Of a stretch of DNA of 64,000 nucleotides, positions 46,541 to 55,141 are shown one piece after another. The DNA comes from an uncultured bacterium. Lineage in GTDB: Bacteria > Patescibacteriota > Minisyncoccia > UBA6257 > GWB1-50-10. The stretch spans positions 98,612 to 162,611 of the forward strand of contig CAVRNT010000001.1 in assembly GCA_963722655.1 (NCBI GenBank), in the 5' to 3' direction. Each line of letters opens with the position of its first letter. Position 1 is the stretch's first letter. The position numbers were made by a program, and so were the translations under genes. The notes under the pieces are model-generated. The model searched no databases. It was not told the DNA's origin and saw only the letters and a list, made by a program, of their open reading frames with translations.

Positions 46541-48613
46541 CTAATTCCCTTCCTCGTAAACATCGCGCGGCTTGGCGCCTTCGCCTGGGCCGATGATGCC
46601 GCGCTCCTCCATTATGTCCAACAGCCGGGCGGCTCGAGCGTAGCCGACCTTGAGCCGGCGCTGGAGCAATGAGGCCGAGGCCTTCTTCGCGGCCCGGACG
46701 GTCTCGATCGCCTCGCCCAAAAGTTCGTCATCGTCGCCGCTCCCGTCCAAGGCGTCGAGGTCCAAGGCGATCTCCCCGCCGTTCCCGTTCTCGAAAGCTA
46801 CCTCGTCCCCTTCCACAGATTCGTTGTTGTCGCGGATGAAGTTCGCCACCTTTTTGATCTCCTCTTCGGTGATGAAGGCGCCCTGCACGCGGAGCGGTTT
46901 CGAGGTGTCGGCCGCGACGAAGAGTGCGTCGCCGTGGCCCAAGAGCTTTTCGGCGCCGGCGGTGTCCAAGATCGTCCGCGAATCGATCTGTGAGGCGACC
47001 TGAAGGGCGATGCGCGTCGTGATGTTCGCCTTGATGAGCCCGGTGATGACCTCGACCGAGGGCCGCTGGGTCGAGACCACGAGGTGGAGACCCGTCGCCC
47101 GGGCCATTTGGGCAAGGCGGATGATGGAACTTTCGACCTCGTGGCCGAAGGAAGTCATCAGGTCGGCCAATTCGTCGATGACGATCACGATGTAAGGCAG
47201 ACTGCGGCCGCTTGAATTGTAGCTTTTAATGTCGCGGGCGCCGGCCTCGAGGAGGAGCTGGTAGCGCCGGTCCATTTCCTGGATCGCCCAGCGGAGGACG
47301 CCGATGGACCTCTTGTTCTCGGTGATGACGGGGGCGAGGAGATGCGGAATGCCGGTGTAGACCGAAAGCTCCACCCGCTTCGGGTCGATCATCAGGAGCC
47401 GGAGCATCTCCGGCGAGTTCTTATAAAGGAGCGAGATGATGAGCGAGTGGATCATTATGGACTTGCCGCTTCCGGTCGCGCCGGCGACGAGAAGATGGGG
47501 CATCGTCGCGATGTCCTTGAAAATTGGTTCGCCCGAGACGTTCCGGCCGATGGGAAAGGCAAGATCGCCGGCCTTCTGGAATTCGGGGTAAAGGAGAACA
47601 CTGCCAAGGCGGACGACGGCCGCCGCCTTGTTCGGTACCTCGATGCCGACGAGCGACTTACCCGGGATGGGCGCTTCGATCCTGATCGGATGGGCGGCGA
47701 GAGCCAAAGCGAGGTCTTGGTGGAGCGCGGTGATGCGCGAAAGTTTCACCCCTTCGGCGGGCTTCAAGGTGTAGCGGGTGACGGTGGGGCCGACATTGAT
47801 CTCTCCCATCTCGACCGGGATGCCGAAGCTGTCCAGGGTGCGCTTGATGACGTTCGCGTTCGCCCGCAGATCGCCGATCGTGGGCTTCTCGGTCGTCGAG
47901 GAAAGGAGCGACAAGGGCGGCGGGACGTAATTTTTGATGTGTTTCGGGACCGCGCTCATTCTCGGCATTGGGATATCCGCCAAAACCTCGGGTTCTCTCT
48001 TTTTTTTCTCCTCCTTCGGCGCCTCTTCCGCTTTTTCTTCCATCGGCTCCGGCGGGAGGCTCACTTCCGGCATCTCCTCCTCTTCCGGCGTTTTCCGAGA
48101 GAGCTTCAAAGGCCTGTTCACGATGATGAGGAAGGAGACGATCATCGCGACGATCGTGATGATGAGGGCGACCGGGATGCCGAAAGGCGTTTTTAGCGCC
48201 CCCACGATATTGCCGATCCATCCGCCATTCCCCGGTGCGACGATGTCGATAAAGCCGAGGGCGGAGAGGATGAAAATGCCGCCGCCGATCAGCGTGGACC
48301 GGAAAAGTTTCTTCCGGTCAGGCGCGAGAAGGGCGAAGACGATTATGAGAGCGACGGCCGGGAGGAGAAAATAACCCCAGCCGAAGAGCTTGTCGAAGAG
48401 CGAATAGAAAGCGGCACCCCAAGGACCGGCCTCCCCGGTCGCGGCCAGCGTGAAGATGACGGCTAATCCGGCGAAGACGACGACCCAGATGCTCTTCTTG
48501 GTCTCGGGGTGGAGGGGCGAGACATTCTCCTTCCGATCGAAATTCCGTTCCCGGCCTTCCGAATTCTTTTGTTCGGACCTTCTCTCACCGTTCTTCTTTT
48601 TCCTCCGTGCCAT
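46541..48613 (-). CDS. ftsK: DNA translocase FtsK/SpoIIIE
   Basis: 4TM N-domain, PHLLVAGATGSGKS, IDELADLM, TQRPSV, gamma domain SASLLQRRLKVGYARAAR. Confidence 0.97.
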   Translation of the reverse strand: MARRKKKNGERRSEQKNSEGRERNFDRKENVSPLHPETKKSIWVVVFAGLAVIFTLAATGEAGPWGAAFYSLFDKLFGWGYFLLPAVALIIVFALLAPDRKKLFRSTLIGGGIFILSALGFIDIVAPGNGGWIGNIVGALKTPFGIPVALIITIVAMIVSFLIIVNRPLKLSRKTPEEEEMPEVSLPPEPMEEKAEEAPKEEKKKREPEVLADIPMPRMSAVPKHIKNYVPPPLSLLSSTTEKPTIGDLRANANVIKRTLDSFGIPVEMGEINVGPTVTRYTLKPAEGVKLSRITALHQDLALALAAHPIRIEAPIPGKSLVGIEVPNKAAAVVRLGSVLLYPEFQKAGDLAFPIGRNVSGEPIFKDIATMPHLLVAGATGSGKSIMIHSLIISLLYKNSPEMLRLLMIDPKRVELSVYTGIPHLLAPVITENKRSIGVLRWAIQEMDRRYQLLLEAGARDIKSYNSSGRSLPYIVIVIDELADLMTSFGHEVESSIIRLAQMARATGLHLVVSTQRPSVEVITGLIKANITTRIALQVASQIDSRTILDTAGAEKLLGHGDALFVAADTSKPLRVQGAFITEEEIKKVANFIRDNNESVEGDEVAFENGNGGEIALDLDALDGSGDDDELLGEAIETVRAAKKASASLLQRRLKVGYARAARLLDIMEERGIIGPGEGAKPRDVYEEGN

Positions 48614-48654
48614 AGCTTTTTAATTAAAGTGTAAATTGAGCTAAAATTCAAATC

Positions 48655-49413
48655 ATGGAATTCAAATTGTCCGGGAAGAAGGTGGTCATACTCGACTTAG
48701 ATGGGACGCTCGCGAAAAGCAAACAGCCGCTGGACCGGGAAATGGCGCCTCTCCTCGCCGCGCTGACCAAAAAGACCGTGGTCGCCGTTATCGGCGGAGG
48801 CAAGATCGCCCTTTTCCGCAGGCAGGTCCTTGCTCCCCTGCGGCCTTTCCGACCAGATCTGCGGGACCTTCGCCTTTTCCCGACGAACGGGGCCGCGCTT
48901 TACCGCTGGAACGGCAGCTGGAAGAAGGTTTATGAGTCGGAACTCTCAAAAGCCGACGCGGCGCGCATCAAATCGGCCGTAAAAACCGCTCTTACGGAGA
49001 TCCATTTCAAGCATCCTAGGCGCCGTTACGGCCCATTGGTTGAGGACCGCGGAGCACAGATCACGTTTTCGGCCCTCGGCCAACGCGCACCCCTCTTGGC
49101 CAAAATGAAATGGAACCGCAAAAGTGACATCCGGCCGGTATTGGCCAAAGAACTCAAGAAACTTTTGCCGGGATTCAACGTTCAAGAAGCCGGCCTCACG
49201 TCCGTGGACGTCACGAAGGAGGGCATTGATAAAGGTTATGCCATCCGTCGGCTGATGCAGTACCTTCATTTAAAGAGAAGCGAGGCTCTTTTCGTGGGTG
49301 ATGCCATTTCCCCCGGTGGTAACGATTACCCGGCCAAAAAAACCGGCATCCCCTGTCTCAAAGTTTCGGGGCCGGAGGAAACGAAGCAGATGATCAAACG
49401 GCTCCTTGATTGA
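48655..49413 (+). CDS. HAD-IIB family hydrolase (phosphomannomutase-like)
   Basis: DLDGTL, EDRGAQITFSALGQ, G.TSVDVT..GIDK, FVGD...GGND. Confidence 0.88.
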   Translation: MEFKLSGKKVVILDLDGTLAKSKQPLDREMAPLLAALTKKTVVAVIGGGKIALFRRQVLAPLRPFRPDLRDLRLFPTNGAALYRWNGSWKKVYESELSKADAARIKSAVKTALTEIHFKHPRRRYGPLVEDRGAQITFSALGQRAPLLAKMKWNRKSDIRPVLAKELKKLLPGFNVQEAGLTSVDVTKEGIDKGYAIRRLMQYLHLKRSEALFVGDAISPGGNDYPAKKTGIPCLKVSGPEETKQMIKRLLD

Positions 49414-49438
49414 CATTTTTATAGCTTTGTGCTAGATT
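49410..49438 (+). promoter_or_regulatory. sigma70 promoter with extended -10
   Basis: TTGACA-N17-TAGATT with TGc before the -10; overlaps the HAD stop codon. Confidence 0.7.
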
Positions 49439-49473
49439 AAAAGGCACTTAACAAAAGAATAAGGAGGTTGATT

Positions 49474-49815
49474 ATGTTTGCTATTTTAATAGCAACTACA
49501 CTGTTCATGATTGGGCTGGCATCCATGACCGTAGCTCATGGATTATGGCTGGAAGGTAAGGGGCATAACCAGCTTAAGTTCAAAATGGTTCTCGGTGGGC
49601 TTATCAGTTTGACGATCGCCATCATCCTAACGATCGTCTATTATCCTCTACCGATACCCTCGCACTGGAAGGTGATCTTTACCGTACTGGTCGCCCTGTT
49701 CATTTGGGACATCCTGAGGTTAAGAATCGCCGCCGGACACCCATCGATTCGCTCGGAAATCATCAAGAGAATATGGGTGAAACACGTCGTTTCCGGCATG
49801 TACAGGAATAGGTAG
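49474..49815 (+). CDS. Small 3-TM hypothetical membrane protein (AT-rich cassette)
   Basis: TAAGGAGGT SD at 49460-49468, ATG 49474; followed by hairpin 49828-49860 and a T-tract. Confidence 0.7.
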   Translation: MFAILIATTLFMIGLASMTVAHGLWLEGKGHNQLKFKMVLGGLISLTIAIILTIVYYPLPIPSHWKVIFTVLVALFIWDILRLRIAAGHPSIRSEIIKRIWVKHVVSGMYRNR

Positions 49816-49827
49816 TCAGGTTTAATA

Positions 49828-49870
49828 CCGGGTCGTTGTCTAAAAGAACAACGGACCCGGCTTTTATTTT
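49828..49870 (+). terminator. Intrinsic terminator
   Basis: CCGGGTCGTTG...CAACGGACCCGG-CTTTTATTTT. Confidence 0.65.
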
Positions 49871-50197
49871 AAAAACCAGTAAACCGGCTTAGATCAAAAA
49901 ACTTGAAAAACCTGTAAAACCTGTTTAATCAGATAATGCGACAAAACCTACACCTGCTATTAAACACGCATATTTACTGACTTATCAGGTTTTTTAATTT
50001 AATGGTGCGATTATTTCGGCCTAAATTTGACATAAAAGTGTAAAACATGTGAAATGCTGCTCAATATGTCAGAAGCCGATAATGCGATGGTTATTGTATT
50101 ATTAGGTTTTTGATTAAAAAATATGTTTCGCGGCAAACATATTTAAAATGAGGTTTCTCTGAAATATTTGCTCTTAAAAGTGCTAAAATTATCTCAA

Positions 50198-50566
50198 ATG
50201 ACCCAAAAGTCGAATCTTGGGCGCAAGGGAGAAGAATTTGCTGTTACTTACTTGAAGAAGAACGGCTATTGGATGGTTGATCGGAATGTGAAGATCTACC
50301 ATGACGAGCTGGATATCATCGCCGAGGCACCAAACAAGACGCTGGTTTTCGTTGAGGTGAAGACGGTGACGGACCCGGGGGATTTTGGGGCTCGGGCCGA
50401 AGAGCATATGACGAAGGAGAAACGTGAAAGATTCGAACGGGCGGCCTCGCTCTATGCCGGGAGTCATCCGAAGGAGATCAGCAACAAGAGGGGTTGGCGC
50501 TTGGACGTGATCGCGCTCACTGCCTACGACAATTCATTCACCTCGAAGCACTACGAGAACATTTGA
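50198..50566 (+). CDS. YraN family (UPF0102) PD-(D/E)xK nuclease-like protein
   Basis: LGRKGEEFA..YL, ELDIIA...LVFVEVK, RLDVIA, HYENI. Confidence 0.92.
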   Translation: MTQKSNLGRKGEEFAVTYLKKNGYWMVDRNVKIYHDELDIIAEAPNKTLVFVEVKTVTDPGDFGARAEEHMTKEKRERFERAASLYAGSHPKEISNKRGWRLDVIALTAYDNSFTSKHYENI

Positions 50567-50624
50567 CAATAAGATAATTTAGTTTTATTATATCAATCAA
50601 GAAACTTAAAAAGAGAGGCAGATT

Positions 50625-50891
50625 ATGGGGCGGTATAAGGATGAAAGATTAGACACGCTAGTACGGCGTGCGGAAGAGTACGAACTAGCCTGAGAAGACA
50701 ATAAGGTTTACACCTTCCACGACGAGACGCTGGTTTTGAAGGAGAACGGCGCCGAGATTAAGGAAGACAAAGATTCGTTGGCCACCAACTTCGGTGGACG
50801 CATGTTCGAGCTCACGTTCGAGAATCACCACTTCGTGCACGTTTGTACGCCAAACAGTGATATTTGTACGAAATCGAAACCGATCTTATAG
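50625..50891 (+). pseudogene. 88-codon ORFan with one in-frame TGA (50691-50693): pseudogene or recoded
   Basis: TTGACA-N17-TATTAT promoter (50563-50591), AGAGAGG SD, ATG 50625; frame stays open 65 codons past the TGA to TAG 50889-50891, then a GC hairpin. Confidence 0.6.
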
Positions 50892-50946
50892 CCGCGCCCC
50901 GCGCGGCTTCTGTATTTATAGTCCCGGGGTGCCCCCGGACTTATAT

Positions 50947-50975
50947 TTGACAAATATATCCTGTTGAAGTATAAT
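50947..50975 (+). promoter_or_regulatory. Perfect consensus sigma70 promoter
   Basis: TTGACA-N17-TATAAT. Confidence 0.85.
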
Positions 50976-51048
50976 ATGCGCAGAAATGGTTGAAAACTGG
51001 ACATGTAAATAAACCCGCGCTGGCCGGATAACGCCAGAAGGAGATTGT

Positions 51049-51399
51049 ATGAATTTCCAAGGATTCCTGCAGGTGGTAAAGGGCTATTCGCAATATCTGG
51101 AAGTAGCGAAACCGTATTTGCCGGGGATAGTGACCGTAGTCACACTGCTTTTACTGAACTACTTGTACATCACAAAGTTCTTCTTAAGGAAGATCTTTGT
51201 GGATTTTGTCGTGTTTGCAGTGCTGGCTATTGGCGTATCTTTCGCCGGCTTAAGCTGGGTCTCGTACGCATCGATTGTAAACCCCAGTTTCAGCACGGTG
51301 GGTTCGATTGAAACGCTGGCAATAGTGGCTGGAGTGATACTGAGCGTCGTTGCCAACCTGTGCTTGTCATTTGCCTATCACGACCCCAATCTTAGGTAG
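51049..51399 (+). CDS. Small 3-TM hypothetical membrane protein (AT-rich cassette)
   Basis: AAGGAG SD, hydrophobic 116-aa ORF, terminator 51407-51453. Confidence 0.72.
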   Translation: MNFQGFLQVVKGYSQYLEVAKPYLPGIVTVVTLLLLNYLYITKFFLRKIFVDFVVFAVLAIGVSFAGLSWVSYASIVNPSFSTVGSIETLAIVAGVILSVVANLCLSFAYHDPNLR

Positions 51400-51406
51400 A
51401 AATTTG

Positions 51407-51453
51407 AGCCCGGTGGAGAAAATTGAAAATTCTCCGCTGGGCTTGTCTTTTTT
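51407..51453 (+). terminator. Intrinsic terminator
   Basis: AGCCCGGTGGAGAA...TTCTCCGCTGGGCT-TGTCTTTTTT. Confidence 0.7.
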
Positions 51454-51518
51454 CTTGAATGTGCTATAGTGCTTGCGTACTTGACCGCTCCTTGAGAGCG
51501 GCAAAATTTTAAAGGGAT

Positions 51519-52742
51519 ATGGATCTCAAATCATTGGCCGTCGCGGTGGACCAGATCGCTGCGGAAAAGGGGATACCGGCGGAGAAAGTGATGGGCGCCA
51601 TCGAGGCCGCCATCGCCGCCGCCTATAAGCGCGAATACCGCAAGCGCTCCGAGGTCGTCCGGGCCAAATTCGACCCGAAGACGGGGGATATGGAGTTCGC
51701 CCAAGTGAAGACCGTCGTCGAACCGTCCGAAGTGCGCATCGTCGCCGAGGGAGAGGAAGAACCGCAGACGGCCGCCGACAGCGAGGAACTTCTGCCCCGG
51801 TACAACGAGGACCGCCACATTTTTTTGGCGGAGGCGAAGAAGATTAAAAAGGACGCCAAATCCGGCGACGAGCTGGAATTCCCGTTGGAATCCCACGCCG
51901 ATTTCGGCCGCATCGCCGCCCAAACGGCGAAACAGGTCGTTTTGCAGAGCCTGCGGGATGCGGAGCGAGCCTCCGTTAAGGAGGAGTTCGCCGACAAGGA
52001 AGGGGAGATTGTCTCGGGCGTCGTCCAGCGCTTCGAGCGCGGCAACGTCTACGTGAACCTCGGCCGGGCGATAGGCATCATGTATCCGAACGAAAGCATC
52101 TCTGGCGAGCACTACCGCCTCGGCGACCGGATGCGCTTCTACGTTTTGGCCGTCCAAGACGACGTCCGTCGGCCGGGCATCGTCCTTTCTCGCTCGCACC
52201 CGAACTTCGTGAAGAAGCTCTTCGAGCTCGAAGTGCCGGAGATTGCGGAAGGGACCGTTGAGGTCAAGGAAATCGCCCGCGAAGCGGGGAGCCGGACCAA
52301 GATCGCCGTCGCCTCCAAGGAGGAAGGCGTGGACCCGGTGGGTTCGGCCGTCGGCCAGCGCGGCACGCGCGTAATGGCGGTGACGAACGAACTGGGGAAC
52401 GAGAAGATTGATATCATCGAATGGTCCGACGACCCGGAGAAGTTCATCGGTAACTCCATCTCGCCGGCCAAGGCCAAGCTCGTCGAGATCCTGCCGCGGC
52501 GCGAGGCGCGGGTCCTGGTTTCCGAAGATCAACTCTCGCTCGCAATCGGCAAGGGCGGGCAGAATGTCCGTTTGGCCGCGAAACTCACGGGGTGGAAGAT
52601 AGACGTGCGCTCGCAATCCAATCCCGACGCGGTCCTCGAGGGCGGCGTTGCGGCGGCCGAGGCTGAGTCCGCGGACGAAGGCACCGCTGATTTCGGCGAA
52701 GCGGAAGCGCCCAAGGAAGCGAAAAAAGAAGTCGCAGAATAG
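51519..52742 (+). CDS. nusA: Transcription termination/antitermination factor NusA
   Basis: FGRIAAQTAKQV, LFELEVPEI, AREAGSRTKIAV, SLAIGKGGQNVRLAAKLTGWKID. Confidence 0.98.
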   Translation: MDLKSLAVAVDQIAAEKGIPAEKVMGAIEAAIAAAYKREYRKRSEVVRAKFDPKTGDMEFAQVKTVVEPSEVRIVAEGEEEPQTAADSEELLPRYNEDRHIFLAEAKKIKKDAKSGDELEFPLESHADFGRIAAQTAKQVVLQSLRDAERASVKEEFADKEGEIVSGVVQRFERGNVYVNLGRAIGIMYPNESISGEHYRLGDRMRFYVLAVQDDVRRPGIVLSRSHPNFVKKLFELEVPEIAEGTVEVKEIAREAGSRTKIAVASKEEGVDPVGSAVGQRGTRVMAVTNELGNEKIDIIEWSDDPEKFIGNSISPAKAKLVEILPRREARVLVSEDQLSLAIGKGGQNVRLAAKLTGWKIDVRSQSNPDAVLEGGVAAAEAESADEGTADFGEAEAPKEAKKEVAE

Positions 52743-52744
52743 TT

Positions 52745-53167
52745 ATGAAATTCAAATTCGGCGGAGTATTGATTTGGAAGAACGGGAAAGTCCTTTTGGT
52801 GCAGGAAAAACACAAAGCGGCGAGGGGCCTCTGGTCGCTTCCTTTGGGTTTTGTCGAGAAAAACGAGACCTTGAGGGAAGGAACGGTCCGGGAAGCGAAA
52901 GAAGAAACCGGTTACGCTGTGCAGCTCAAGAAGAAGATGAGATCCATCTTCGTAAAGGCGCGGGACTTCCATAGCGCCCACCCTTTCCTTCGGGGGAGAG
53001 TGCATCTCACCGTGTTTTACGCGGAAACGGTCGGCAAGCGGTCGCGGAAGACCGAGCTTAAAACTGGCTGGTTTTCCAGGCGGGAGATCGAAGCGCTAAA
53101 TTTGCGAGGCGACTGGGAGAAAAAAATTCTTTTGCCAAAGCAGCGAGTTTCTGACAAAGTACGTTAA
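52745..53167 (+). CDS. NUDIX hydrolase
   Basis: Nudix box G.VEKNETLREGTVREAKEETG. Confidence 0.9.
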   Translation: MKFKFGGVLIWKNGKVLLVQEKHKAARGLWSLPLGFVEKNETLREGTVREAKEETGYAVQLKKKMRSIFVKARDFHSAHPFLRGRVHLTVFYAETVGKRSRKTELKTGWFSRREIEALNLRGDWEKKILLPKQRVSDKVR

Positions 53168-53175
53168 ATTCTAAA

Positions 53176-53205
53176 AAAACGGCTCGTCATTCGACGGGTC
53201 GTTTT
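53176..53205. terminator. Bidirectional intrinsic terminator
   Basis: AAAACGGCTCGTC-attc-GACGGGTCGTTTT between convergent genes. Confidence 0.7.
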
Positions 53206-53226
53206 AGTTAAGATAGATAGATTAAC

Positions 53227-53868
53227 TTATTGTTTGTTGCTCGGCCAGATCATCCTTAGTGCTCGGAAACCGATGCACGCCCAGGGTTTTCGGAGAAGAA
53301 ATCGGTACAGTTGCATCCGCCTCTTCTCGTATGAAGCAAATGATTCTTCGGTCGCCCAATATGGTTGGCCGGGGACGTCTTTGTCGTACGGACCATCCGA
53401 GGACACCCCGAACATCTTGAGCTTCCCGCCATAATACAGCCTGTTCACCGTAAGGAAAGATAATTCAGTCCTCTTGATGTGCAGTGGGTGATCTACTATC
53501 GCAATGGCATTTTGCTCGCCGCCATCGCAGTGCAGACAAAGGGTCGCGGCCCTAAGTGCCTCAAAGGCGTTATTGTGCGTCCGGTAGGACGCGTTCTCAA
53601 TAATCGTTGGCACTGCCCCACTTGCACTTCCATTGTAAGCGGGTTTGGTCCAATAGAGATTATTCATTGAATCGGCCTCTGTCACACCGTTGACCTTATA
53701 ACCTCCAGAGAAGATAATCCTGATACCGTTTTTCGCCGCAGCGAGCATTTTGTAACGGATGCTAGGTTTATTTGCGATCTGCCGGCACGTTTCGACTACC
53801 GCGTCACTCATTTTACTCGGCGTTCCGTCGGCGTGCAGGCCGTTCCCAATCCCTATGATAATCAGCAA
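53227..53868 (-). CDS. YdcF/DUF218 (ElyC/SanA-like) domain protein (AT-rich cassette)
   Basis: IIFSGG....VTEADSM, IIENASYRTHNNA, IVDHPLHIKR; AAGGAGGT SD; TTGACG promoter at 53930-53935. Confidence 0.8.
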   Translation of the reverse strand: MLIIIGIGNGLHADGTPSKMSDAVVETCRQIANKPSIRYKMLAAAKNGIRIIFSGGYKVNGVTEADSMNNLYWTKPAYNGSASGAVPTIIENASYRTHNNAFEALRAATLCLHCDGGEQNAIAIVDHPLHIKRTELSFLTVNRLYYGGKLKMFGVSSDGPYDKDVPGQPYWATEESFASYEKRRMQLYRFLLRKPWACIGFRALRMIWPSNKQ

Positions 53869-53938
53869 TTGCTTACACCTCCTTTTGTTAATTTTATCCT
53901 GGCAATAGATTATAACTATCGAGTCATTTCGTCAAGAA

Positions 53939-53961
53939 AAACCCCGCCTTGGACGGGGTTT
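53939..53961 (-). terminator. Intrinsic terminator after hsp20
   Basis: AAACCCCG-ccttgga-CGGGGTTT. Confidence 0.65.
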
Positions 53962-53975
53962 GTGATTATTTACAT

Positions 53976-54425
53976 TCAATCGCTCTTCACTTTTAGCTTT
54001 TTCGCCTTGGCCCGGTCGAGCTTCGGCATCCGGATCGTCAGAACGCCGTTTTTGAGTGTCGCCGCGGAATGCTCCGGGTCCACCTCGTGCGGGAGGATGA
54101 CGGTGCGGGAGAACGTTCCCCAGAAAAGTTCTTGGTAGAAGTAGTCCTTGTCGCTCACCTTGTCGCTCCGCTCGCGCTCGCCGCGGATCGTGACCGATTC
54201 GGTCGTGATGTTCACCTCGAGTTTGTCGTCCTCGACGCCCGCGACCGTGGACTGAACAATGATGTCATCGCCGTCCTCGTAGACGTCGACGGTGAGGGTT
54301 CCTTCGCCTTCGTCAGCGCCGACTGCCGCCTCTTCCCTTATCTTAAGCGGCGTCGGGGCGCTCTTCACTTTGGCGAGCTCGACGAAGATATCCTTTTTCT
54401 CGTTGTTCTCTTCCATCCCGCTCAT
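53976..54425 (-). CDS. Hsp20/alpha-crystallin small heat-shock protein
   Basis: VDVYE, QELFWGTFSRTVILP, ATLKNGVLTIRMPK. Confidence 0.93.
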   Translation of the reverse strand: MSGMEENNEKKDIFVELAKVKSAPTPLKIREEAAVGADEGEGTLTVDVYEDGDDIIVQSTVAGVEDDKLEVNITTESVTIRGERERSDKVSDKDYFYQELFWGTFSRTVILPHEVDPEHSAATLKNGVLTIRMPKLDRAKAKKLKVKSD

Positions 54426-54429
54426 TATA

Positions 54430-55140
54430 TCAGAAATGGGGACGCGCGACCTCTTCCCGCTTCAGGACGTCGAAATCCTTGAGGACGAAGAGGGCCGCCA
54501 GGGCGAGGAAGAGCGAAGGGTAGAGCATGTTCACGTCCTGGAACTGGTAGATGAGGAGATTGAAGGCGGCGTGGAGCGCGGTCGCGGCGAGGAGGCTGAA
54601 GGCGACGTACTTTCCGACTTTCTTTTTGATTTTCCCCTGCGCCCAAGCGAAGCCGACGAGGCCCGAGGCCAAGCTGTGGAGGAGGGTCGCGCCGATGAAG
54701 CGGAAGCCGAGCGTGGAGACGGCCGAAAGGACGGAAGCGACACTCACGTAACCGAGCTGTCCGCCCACAATGAAAAGGTTCTCAATCGTCGCGAAACCGA
54801 GGGCCGCCGTGATCATGTAGATCATCGCGTCCACCGGTTCGTCGAAGGCGGGATTGTCCCCGATGCTCCAACGCGCGGCGAAGAACTTGAAGACCTCCTC
54901 GATGACGGCCAATCCGACGATGAGGAGGAGAAAATTGTGGAGCGGCGAGGCGACGAGGTTCTGGAAGAGGAGCTGGAGGCCGAGGACCGGGACGCTGGCG
55001 ACGGCGCCGGCCATAAAGACGAGGGCAATGAGCTTCTTGGGTTCCGGGTGGATATCCTCGCGGAGGAAAAAGACGAGCCAGATTAGGGCCGGCACGGCCG
55101 CGAGGAAGAAGGTCAAGATGTAGCTTAAGACGACCTCCAT
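54430..55140 (-). CDS. PrsW family intramembrane glutamic protease
   Basis: IEEVFKF, FDEPVD, ALGFATIEN, LLH, LHAAFN. Confidence 0.92.
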   Translation of the reverse strand: MEVVLSYILTFFLAAVPALIWLVFFLREDIHPEPKKLIALVFMAGAVASVPVLGLQLLFQNLVASPLHNFLLLIVGLAVIEEVFKFFAARWSIGDNPAFDEPVDAMIYMITAALGFATIENLFIVGGQLGYVSVASVLSAVSTLGFRFIGATLLHSLASGLVGFAWAQGKIKKKVGKYVAFSLLAATALHAAFNLLIYQFQDVNMLYPSLFLALAALFVLKDFDVLKREEVARPHF

Positions 55141-55141
55141 T

